DNA from: an uncultured Defluviitaleaceae bacterium | GTDB lineage: Bacteria > Bacillota > Clostridia > Lachnospirales > CAYYRV01 | Assembly: GCA_964474135.1 (NCBI GenBank) | Contig: CAYYRV010000009.1 | Location: forward strand, 17 to 64,016 | Reading direction: 5' to 3' | DNA length: 64,000 nucleotides | The notes under the pieces: generated by a model | What the model was told of the DNA's origin: nothing | Databases searched by the model: none | The model's input: only the letters and a program-made list of their open reading frames with translations | Shown here: piece by piece, positions 44,458 to 51,947 of the stretch | Layout of the letters: each line of letters opens with the position of its first letter | Numbering within the stretch: the stretch's first letter is position 1 | Translations under genes and position numbers: made by a program

Positions 44458-44500
44458 TAATGTGAGTTCCACACAGCCTTATTGCGTCGAACTCACGTTA
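44458..44500 (-). repeat. family B repeat copy
   Basis: TAATGTGAGTTCCACACAGCCTTATTGCGTCGAACTCACGTTA; reverse complement matches 30411-30445. Confidence 0.85.
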
Positions 44501-44507
44501 ATTTAGA

Positions 44508-44738
44508 TTAAACAATAAAATCTTTAAGCTTTGATGTTACAGTATCTAATTGGCTATCGTCATGAATATCAAGTTTTAATGATTTACCTAAGTCAAGGCT
44601 AAAAATACCCATTATTGATTTAGCGTCAACTACATATCTGTCAGACGATAAGTCATAGTCACCGTCTAAAGTAGCAATAATATTAACAAAGTTTTTTACC
44701 TTATCAATAGAATTTAAATTAATATTAATTGATTTCAT
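44508..44738 (-). CDS. HPr-family protein lacking His15
   Basis: RYVVDAKSIMGIFSLDL (Ser46 motif); no GLHARPA. Confidence 0.85.
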   Translation of the reverse strand: MKSININLNSIDKVKNFVNIIATLDGDYDLSSDRYVVDAKSIMGIFSLDLGKSLKLDIHDDSQLDTVTSKLKDFIV

Positions 44739-44954
44739 AAAATCTCCTCCATATACATAGTAAAAACTTAGAATAGTTACTTTATTTATACAATTATAGT
44801 AAACTTAATAAATGTTAATGTCAATTGATATTTTCACTATATTATTCTTAAATAGTTATTGTTATTTACAAATTTTGTTAATAAGTATATAAATGACTAA
44901 GTAAATGTTACTAACTATTATAATCAAAATTTATATTTATTTTAAAAGGCATTT

Positions 44955-46106
44955 TTACTTTCCTGTAATATATTTTAGTATAGCTGGACGGTGAATTTTT
45001 ACACTTTTTTTAGGGCATAATTCTTGACAACAATAACATCTTATGCAGTTACTTAAATCTACAATAGGTTTTTTTGCTGACATATCAATGACTTTTGCAG
45101 GGCAGTTTTCAGCACATACACCGCATTTAATACATAATTCATAATCAAATACTGGCTTTGGCTGTAAAAATTTGTTTATAATATCAGAAAATGCTTTTGG
45201 CATATTTTTTGTAGGATTTAAAATTCTGGTTTCTGGTATTTTAAAGTCTTTTAATTTAAAAGATGATATATCGTCTCCTAAAAGCTCAATGTCTAATAGT
45301 CCTTCTTTACAAATACCTCTCTTTATGCAATTTTTAATAATTGGAACTTTCTGAAAGTCTAAATCTATTATTTTACATGCTACTTTATCAAGATGATAAG
45401 GGCTTTCTGATGTTATCACAACATTAACATTTCTCTTATCGCCTGACGAAGGTCCGTCACCCTCCATTCCTTCAATACCGTCCATAAATGAAAGAATGGG
45501 GTTTGCATTAATGCAAATATCTATCATTGCATCAGCAAAAGTGTCATATTCGGGCATATTAAGATGATATTCAGCCTTCATTATTCCAGGAATTGTTCCA
45601 AACATGTTTTTAACCGCACCAGTAAAAGTCATCATGCCGTGTGTTTTAAGTTTTGATACTGAAATAACTTTATCTACATCATTTAACATATCTGTTATAA
45701 CCATTTTTTTTAAAACAAACCCGTTTGGTGTCTCTTTCTCCGATGATTTTACATTAAAGTTAAGCTTTGCATTTGTTTTTTCAGCTATTTCACTGTAGCC
45801 TGTTGCTGAATATAAACTTGTTAATATTCTTTCGTTAAATGCTCCCCCAGGGCTGTCTCCTATTAATACATCATTTCCGTTTTCAATGAAAATCTCTGCA
45901 AGCGCCCTAACAAATGTTGGGTGAGTTGTAACAGCATCCTCCGGCTTTTTCTTCATAAGTAAATTAACTTTTAAAAGAACTCTTTCACCCGACTCTACAT
46001 ATTTTTTAAGCCCTCCAATGTTGTCTATATTTTTTTTAATGGCATTTTTAACATCTTCTAAATTATAATTTTCGCATCTAGCAAGAGATACTTTTTTGTT
46101 CATCAT
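44955..46106 (-). CDS. DUF362 protein with C-terminal 2x[4Fe-4S] domain
   Basis: VLLKVNLL, TTHP, KLKTH, GAVKNMFG, MEGDGPS, CxxCxxCxxxCP twice. Confidence 0.9.
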   Translation of the reverse strand: MMNKKVSLARCENYNLEDVKNAIKKNIDNIGGLKKYVESGERVLLKVNLLMKKKPEDAVTTHPTFVRALAEIFIENGNDVLIGDSPGGAFNERILTSLYSATGYSEIAEKTNAKLNFNVKSSEKETPNGFVLKKMVITDMLNDVDKVISVSKLKTHGMMTFTGAVKNMFGTIPGIMKAEYHLNMPEYDTFADAMIDICINANPILSFMDGIEGMEGDGPSSGDKRNVNVVITSESPYHLDKVACKIIDLDFQKVPIIKNCIKRGICKEGLLDIELLGDDISSFKLKDFKIPETRILNPTKNMPKAFSDIINKFLQPKPVFDYELCIKCGVCAENCPAKVIDMSAKKPIVDLSNCIRCYCCQELCPKKSVKIHRPAILKYITGK

Positions 46107-46376
46107 ATTTTCTCCCTTTTTGTATACAATATATTAGTATTATTATAACTACTTTTTGTATTATTTCAAGCAATTTGCAGCTAGTTTAAAATTATGATAT
46201 AATATAACGTAAACTTGACAAAGTAGAAAATATTAAAATTTTACACGTTGTTAATATAAATTTAGTATTGTTTTTGCTAGGTTTATGAGAATATTAATAA
46301 AAGAAATAGAAAACTTATAATTAAAAGCTTTATCACTTTTTAAAAATTTGTTGCAACATTGAAAGGAATTGATTTT

Positions 46377-47801
46377 ATGAAGTATGATGTAGTAATAGTA
46401 GGTGCTGGACCAGCAGGAATTTATGCTAGCTATGAATTTTCTATAAAAGCACCTAATAAAAAAATACTTCTTATAGATAAAGGGCATAGTATATTTGATA
46501 GGCATTGTCCTATTCTTGACGGAAAAACTCAATTTTGCCCTAAAAATGGTCTCTTGGATAATGCAGGATGCAAACCGGCTTGCTCAATTACAGCAGGATT
46601 TGGTGGTGCAGGAGCATATAGTGACGGAAAATTTAACATTACAACCGAATTTGGCGGTTGGCTAAATGATTATATTCCTTCTACTAAAGTTTTGCAGCTA
46701 ATAAAATATGTTGATGAAATCAACTTAAAACATGGTGCAACAAGAGATATTACAAATCCAACAACGGAAGCTGTTAGAAAAATTGAGCAGAAAGCTTATG
46801 GTGCTGGGCTTAAATTATTGCGTGCAAAAGTTAGGCATTTGGGAACTGAACAGAACTTGGAAATATTAAAATCTATATATGAATATTTAAAAGATAAAAT
46901 AGATATGAAGTTTAAAAGTGAAGTTCAGGACATTGTCACAAAGCAGGTTGACGGAAAAGAAAAGGTATGCGGTATTTTTCTTAAAAATGGTGATATTTAT
47001 GAGACCGAAAAAGTAATTATTGTACCTGGGAGAGACGGTTCTGCTTGGCTTACTGAAACACTTAAAAAGCATAAGCTAAATATGCATAGCAATCAGGTAG
47101 ATATAGGTGTTCGTGCTGAAACATCTGACGTTATAATGCATGATATAAACAAACATTTATATGAGGGTAAGTTTGTTTTTAATACATCAGTCGGGACTAA
47201 AGTAAGAACATTTTGCAGTAACCCTTCTGGTCATGTTGTTGTCGAAAATCATAGTGGTGTTATGGCAGCAAACGGACATGCCTTCAAGAACCCTAAACTT
47301 GGTTCGGATAATACTAATTTTGCATTATTGGTTTCCCATAAATTTACAGAACCTTTTAATAAGCCAAATGAATATGCAAGAGAAATTTGCAAAAGAGCAA
47401 ATGACCTTTCAAATGGTGGTGTAATTTTGCAAAGGTTTGGAGATATAATCAGAGGCAGACGTTCAACTGAAAAAAGAATAAGAGAAGGATTTATTGAACC
47501 TACTTTAGAGGAGGCTGTTCCTGGTGATTTAGGGCTTGTCCTTCCGTATACAACAATGAAAAGTTTAATTGAAATGGTATATGCGCTTGATAAAGTAACT
47601 CCTGGTATGGCTTCAGAGCATACTTTATTTTATGGAGTAGAGGCCAAATTTTATTCTGCACGACCGGAGTTAAAGGAGACTTTAGAAACTGATATTGAAG
47701 GGCTATACTGTGGTGGCGATGGTGCGGGAGTTACTAGAGGTCTTGCACAAGCAGGTGCTGCCGGAGTTTGGATTGCTAGAAATATTATTGATAGTATGTG
47801 A
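46377..47801 (+). CDS. NAD(P)/FAD-dependent oxidoreductase
   Basis: VGAGPAG, GFGGAGAYSDGK, VRTFCSNP.G, YGVEAKFYS, GDGAGVTRGL. Confidence 0.88.
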   Translation: MKYDVVIVGAGPAGIYASYEFSIKAPNKKILLIDKGHSIFDRHCPILDGKTQFCPKNGLLDNAGCKPACSITAGFGGAGAYSDGKFNITTEFGGWLNDYIPSTKVLQLIKYVDEINLKHGATRDITNPTTEAVRKIEQKAYGAGLKLLRAKVRHLGTEQNLEILKSIYEYLKDKIDMKFKSEVQDIVTKQVDGKEKVCGIFLKNGDIYETEKVIIVPGRDGSAWLTETLKKHKLNMHSNQVDIGVRAETSDVIMHDINKHLYEGKFVFNTSVGTKVRTFCSNPSGHVVVENHSGVMAANGHAFKNPKLGSDNTNFALLVSHKFTEPFNKPNEYAREICKRANDLSNGGVILQRFGDIIRGRRSTEKRIREGFIEPTLEEAVPGDLGLVLPYTTMKSLIEMVYALDKVTPGMASEHTLFYGVEAKFYSARPELKETLETDIEGLYCGGDGAGVTRGLAQAGAAGVWIARNIIDSM

Positions 47802-47830
47802 TATAGTAAAATGTTTTGAGTAAAAAGATA

Positions 47831-47873
47831 TTGGGAAACTTTTTGTAGAAAAAGTTTCCCAAACATTTCAAAA
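47831..47873 (+). repeat. family A hairpin 1 plus start of linker
   Basis: TTGGGAAACTTTTT-GTAG-AAAAAGTTTCCCAAACATTTCAAAA. Confidence 0.85.
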
Positions 47874-47937
47874 TATTTATATTGGGTATACCAAGATTTT
47901 GATGTCCCATCAAAAGTACGCCTGTTGACTAACTATA

Positions 47938-48063
47938 CTAATTACAAAGGTAAGGGCAGTCTGTTTCATTAGATTGGGCAGACTGAGTGTATGAAGGCAA
48001 ACGTATAAGGTTGCACTTTCCATTTGATTGGTAAAAGCACTTATTTGTACAATTTATATCCAT
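47938..48063 (-). CDS. small Cys-rich protein (41 aa), absent from the ORF track
   Basis: RBS GAGGTGG then ATG; MDINCTNKCFYQSNGKCNLIRLPSYTQSAQSNETDCPYLCN*. Confidence 0.7.
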   Translation of the reverse strand: MDINCTNKCFYQSNGKCNLIRLPSYTQSAQSNETDCPYLCN

Positions 48064-48133
48064 AAAATCCACCTCAGTAATTAGTATCTCCTATAATTTA
48101 TAAAAAATCTTGGATACTATAGGAAACTAGTAA

Positions 48134-48625
48134 TTAATGTTTAAGTTCTATTTTCTGCTCAATAAACCTTTCATGAACAGAGTTACAAGCTTTGTCTGAA
48201 TCTTTTTCATCAATTAAAACTGATATCTTAATTTCTGAAGTCGAAATCATTTGAATATTAACACCAGCCTCAAAAAGTGCTTCAAACATAAGAGAAGCTA
48301 CACCAGGATTTGAGGCCATACCAGCACCAACTACAGAAAGCTTTGCAATTTTATCATCAAAGCTTACATGGTCATAACAAATTAAATCTTTATTTTTTTC
48401 TAAAATTTCTAATGTATCTTTAATATATGTTTTTGCTACAGTAAATGTTATATCCTTAGTTTTATTACGTCCTATAGATTGCAAAATAATATCTACAGAT
48501 ATTTTATTTTTAGCCAAAAGAGAGAAAATTCTAAAAGCCATTCCTGGCTCATCTTTTATACCAACAATTGAAATACGAGCAACATCTTTATCAACAGCTA
48601 AACCGCTTACATATACATTTTCCAC
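48134..48625 (-). CDS. probable nested aspartokinase beta subunit (internal start)
   Basis: in-frame AAGGAGG-ATGCAAGT-GTG at codon 245, just before the ACT domains. Confidence 0.7.
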   Translation of the reverse strand: MENVYVSGLAVDKDVARISIVGIKDEPGMAFRIFSLLAKNKISVDIILQSIGRNKTKDITFTVAKTYIKDTLEILEKNKDLICYDHVSFDDKIAKLSVVGAGMASNPGVASLMFEALFEAGVNIQMISTSEIKISVLIDEKDSDKACNSVHERFIEQKIELKH

Positions 48626-49357
48626 ACTTGCATCCTCCTTAATTAATGTACCTTCCTCATTAGACATACTTGAGCGTACTACTAAATTAACATTATATTT
48701 TTTGGCAAGCTCAACAGAGCGGCTATGAAGGACTTTTGCACCCATAGCAGCCAATTCCAACATTTCATCATAACTAATACAATCAATTTTTTTAGCATTT
48801 TTAACAACTCGAGGGTCAGTAGTATAAACTCCGTCTACATCTGTATAAATTTCGCATAAATCTGCATCTAGTGCGGCTGCTAATGCGACAGCTGTTGTAT
48901 CAGAACCGCCTCTGCCAAGTGTAGTTATATCACCTGTTCTGTTATACCCTTGAAATCCAGCAATAATAACAATATTGTTTTTCTCTAATTCTGAATTAAT
49001 TCTTTCATTGTCTATTTTTTTAATCCTTGCATTAGAATGATTTGATGATGTATACATTCCTACTTGTGTTCCATTTAAAGAAATTGCAGGATAGCCCAGT
49101 TTATGTATAGCCATAGCCATAAGAGCGACAGATTGCTGCTCACCTGTTGAAAGCAACATATCCATTTCTCTTTTGGAAGGGTTATCGCTTATTTCCGCTG
49201 CTTTTTCTATCAAATCGTCTGTAGTATCTCCTTGTGCAGAAAGAACAACTATTACTTTATTCCCTTTTTTATAAGTTTCAACAATCCTGTTTGCTACATT
49301 TTTAATTCGTTGGGCGTCTGCTACAGAACTTCCGCCAAACTTTTGAACAATTAACAT
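48134..49357 (-). CDS. lysC: aspartate kinase (LysC / aspartokinase II type), alpha subunit
   Basis: LIVQKFGGSSV, REMDMLLSTGE, TTLGRGGSDTTA, two ACT domains, ISTSEIKIS; RBS AAGGAGG before ATG 49357. Confidence 0.93.
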   Translation of the reverse strand: MLIVQKFGGSSVADAQRIKNVANRIVETYKKGNKVIVVLSAQGDTTDDLIEKAAEISDNPSKREMDMLLSTGEQQSVALMAMAIHKLGYPAISLNGTQVGMYTSSNHSNARIKKIDNERINSELEKNNIVIIAGFQGYNRTGDITTLGRGGSDTTAVALAAALDADLCEIYTDVDGVYTTDPRVVKNAKKIDCISYDEMLELAAMGAKVLHSRSVELAKKYNVNLVVRSSMSNEEGTLIKEDASVENVYVSGLAVDKDVARISIVGIKDEPGMAFRIFSLLAKNKISVDIILQSIGRNKTKDITFTVAKTYIKDTLEILEKNKDLICYDHVSFDDKIAKLSVVGAGMASNPGVASLMFEALFEAGVNIQMISTSEIKISVLIDEKDSDKACNSVHERFIEQKIELKH

Positions 49358-49410
49358 TATTTTCCTCCTTAATAAGAATATATTTATTTTTGTATCAATA
49401 TTGTTAATAA

Positions 49411-49560
49411 AAAAACCTTGGGAAACTTTTTTGAAAAAAAGTTTCCCAAACCCTTCAAAAAACTTTATCAAGGAATTTCGCTTTGCGGAATTTTGGCAAA
49501 AGTTCTTTGCTTCTTTCTTTTAAGAAAGAAGTCGAGGTTTGGGGCTTAAAGCCCCAAAAT
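49411..49560 (+). repeat. family A modular palindromic repeat, most complete copy (4 hairpins)
   Basis: H1 TTGGGAAAC..GTTTCCCAA; H2 AATTTCGC-TTT-GCGGAATT; H3 CTTCTTTCTT-TT-AAGAAAGAAG; H4 TTTGGGGCT-TAA-AGCCCCAAA. Confidence 0.9.
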
Positions 49561-49571
49561 ATTTTATTCTT

Positions 49572-51422
49572 TTATTGCCACTCACATGTTGCTGGTGGCT
49601 TGCTTGTTATATCATAAAGCACAAATTCTATTTCATCAAATTTATTTTTTATATCTTTTGCAATTTGAGAAACAAGTTCATACTCTATATCTGTACCTAT
49701 AGAAGCCGGACGACCTGTCATAAAGTCGTTTGTAACAAAAGTCCTAATAGCAACAGAATATTTTTTAGTTATTCCTATTGGAACTAAAACAGCAAACGTT
49801 TGGCTGATAGGTTTATTTTCTAATGCTGTAGTAACCATGTTGTCAATCTCTTGTAGTATTTTTACTGATTCGTCGCTAATGTATGCAGGGTTTAATTTTA
49901 TTTTTCCTGATGGAACATTTTCATTTAATACGTATGCTACTCTATTTACAGAATGTATATTATTAGTTATTTCTTTTGATATATTATAAAAATTATCCCA
50001 TTCAAATTTATTTCCATTATCCCATAAAAGTGTTAAATAACCATGTGTTCGATAGTCACCTTGAACCCCAACAGTTTTTACTGGAGCAATACGAGCATCA
50101 CATACTTCTTTATAGTTGCTAATTAAGTCCTCTAGTTTAGTGCAATCTTCTTTTGGAATAGCTTCGATTCCATCACTGCATATAATTCTAACACCAAGCC
50201 CAGGACCAGGAAATGGTTGACGATTTGCTATTTTTTCGGAAAGCCCTAATAATCTTGCAACTTGGCGAACCTCGTCCTTATGCCAATCCCAATTCGTCTC
50301 AACAATTAGCCCTTTTTCTCTTGCTTTTCTGATTATGTCCACATCATTATGATGTGTTTTTATTTTTTTTGCATATGAACTAACTAAAGGGTTTCCGCTT
50401 TCAATTAAATCAGGACGGAGTGTCCCTTGTGCTAGGAAAGTATTTTGGAAATCTAAATCCAAATCTTTTGTTGCTTTTTCTGTTACTTTTATAAAAACTT
50501 GACCAATTAAATTGCGTTTTTCTTCTGGGTCTATAAGAGAGGTAAGAGGGCCTAATTTCTTACCGTTATCATCTAATATTATATTATAAAAATCTTCTTT
50601 TGCATTTACTCTAATTAAATTTTTAAGCCCTTGTTTTTTTAAATCTTCACAAATTAAATCACTTTCATTTTTGCGCATAAGACCGTGGTCTATATGAACA
50701 GCATAAATTTGTTCAGGCTTTAAAGCTTTTACAAGCAATGCTGCCGTTACTGCTGAATCTACTCCACCGCTTACGAGAACAATAACTTTATTATCTCCAA
50801 CTTTATGTTTAATCTGAGAAATAGAAGTATTTATTCTATCCTCAAGAGAATACTTATCTTTGCAGCAACAAATTTTTCTTAAAAAATTATCAATAACTTG
50901 CTTGCCATTAACAGATAAGTCAACTTCTGGGTGGAATTGTACAGCATAAATATTCAATTCTTTATTATAAATTCCGGCAATAACGTCTCCTGAAACGGCA
51001 CAAACCTCAAACCCTTCAGCCACCTTTTCAACCGAGTCACCGTGGCTCATTAATACAGATTGTTTTTCTGATAGACCTTCAAAAAGAGGGCAGTTATTTT
51101 TGATGTCGATTACAGCCTCGCCATATTCTTTTTTTACATTAGGAGAAACTATCCCATTATAAAAAACATTTATTAAGTGCATTCCATAGCAAATTCCTAA
51201 AATAGGAATACCTAAAGAAAAAATATTTTTATCTGTTTTAATTGAATTTTTCTCCCAAACACTTTCAGGACCTCCCGACAAAATAATTCCGTTATAGTCC
51301 CTTAATTTTTCAGCTGAAACATCTATAGGAAAAATATGACTTTCAACTAAAAGTTCACGTACTTTTCTATCTATAACTTTTGTATACTGACCACCACAAT
51401 CTAAAATTGCAAGCTTTTCCAT
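49572..51422 (-). CDS. guaA: GMP synthase (glutamine-hydrolysing), long form, 616 aa
   Basis: GICYG, QFHPEV, SGGVDS, QGTLRPDLIES, IKTHHND, PFPGPGL, YDITSKPPATCEWQ. Confidence 0.95.
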   Translation of the reverse strand: MEKLAILDCGGQYTKVIDRKVRELLVESHIFPIDVSAEKLRDYNGIILSGGPESVWEKNSIKTDKNIFSLGIPILGICYGMHLINVFYNGIVSPNVKKEYGEAVIDIKNNCPLFEGLSEKQSVLMSHGDSVEKVAEGFEVCAVSGDVIAGIYNKELNIYAVQFHPEVDLSVNGKQVIDNFLRKICCCKDKYSLEDRINTSISQIKHKVGDNKVIVLVSGGVDSAVTAALLVKALKPEQIYAVHIDHGLMRKNESDLICEDLKKQGLKNLIRVNAKEDFYNIILDDNGKKLGPLTSLIDPEEKRNLIGQVFIKVTEKATKDLDLDFQNTFLAQGTLRPDLIESGNPLVSSYAKKIKTHHNDVDIIRKAREKGLIVETNWDWHKDEVRQVARLLGLSEKIANRQPFPGPGLGVRIICSDGIEAIPKEDCTKLEDLISNYKEVCDARIAPVKTVGVQGDYRTHGYLTLLWDNGNKFEWDNFYNISKEITNNIHSVNRVAYVLNENVPSGKIKLNPAYISDESVKILQEIDNMVTTALENKPISQTFAVLVPIGITKKYSVAIRTFVTNDFMTGRPASIGTDIEYELVSQIAKDIKNKFDEIEFVLYDITSKPPATCEWQ

Positions 51423-51477
51423 TGTTTGCTCCCTTCACTTCTGTATGTATTTCTCTCAATAATTTTTCATAGAAAAT

Positions 51478-51506
51478 AGTATAGCAAATTAGTTTTATCT
51501 TGTCGA
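51478..51506 (-). promoter_or_regulatory. sigma-A promoter of guaA
   Basis: minus strand TCGACA-N17-TATACT with extended TG. Confidence 0.55.
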
Positions 51507-51723
51507 TAATTTTTTTGGCTGAAATCAGAGCTAACTTATATGTTTTTTATTCATAATAAAAAAGTTTAAAACTATAGTGCTTTAGGCTTTAATTTTAAAA
51601 ATATTTTTTCTACATTGTTCCCTAAAACAGTTTTAGCAAAATACAATATAAAAACCAAATGTTATAATAGTTTTTATGTTGTATTTTTTTACTTCTAATC
51701 TACTTTAATAAAATTAATGTGTT

Positions 51724-51767
51724 AATTTAATTGCAGTTTAAGGAAAATTTAATTGCAATTTAGAAAA
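51724..51767 (+). promoter_or_regulatory. four tandem 11-bp units upstream of the flagellin promoter
   Basis: AATTTAATTGC AGTTTAAGGAA AATTTAATTGC AATTTAGAAAA. Confidence 0.4.
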
Positions 51768-51783
51768 CTATGTATAACTATGT

Positions 51784-51811
51784 TAATACTATTTCCACAT
51801 TATGCCGATAT
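51784..51811 (+). promoter_or_regulatory. sigma-28 (SigD/FliA) promoter
   Basis: TAAT-N16-GCCGATAT upstream of flagellin. Confidence 0.75.
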
Positions 51812-51947
51812 ATAAGTAACATAAAAAGCAAAGTCTTTCAACTAGATGTTTAAATGTTGAAACATTCTAAAATTTTTAAATGTTTTACGCATACTTAAAG
51901 CACAAAATGAAAATTAAAAGTATTAAATCTTATAGGATGTGAGAGCA

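Noticed and set aside
49358-49471. 38-codon N-terminal extension of LysC in the ORF track (MIKFFEGFGKLFFKKVSQ...)
   Set aside because: It is read-through of the family A repeat; a strong RBS precedes ATG 49357. The same artefact explains the start of ORF 47651-47866.
51423-51520. purine riboswitch upstream of guaA
   Set aside because: The predicted leader is only ~50 nt and has no TATAAT...GG...TTTCTAC aptamer core.
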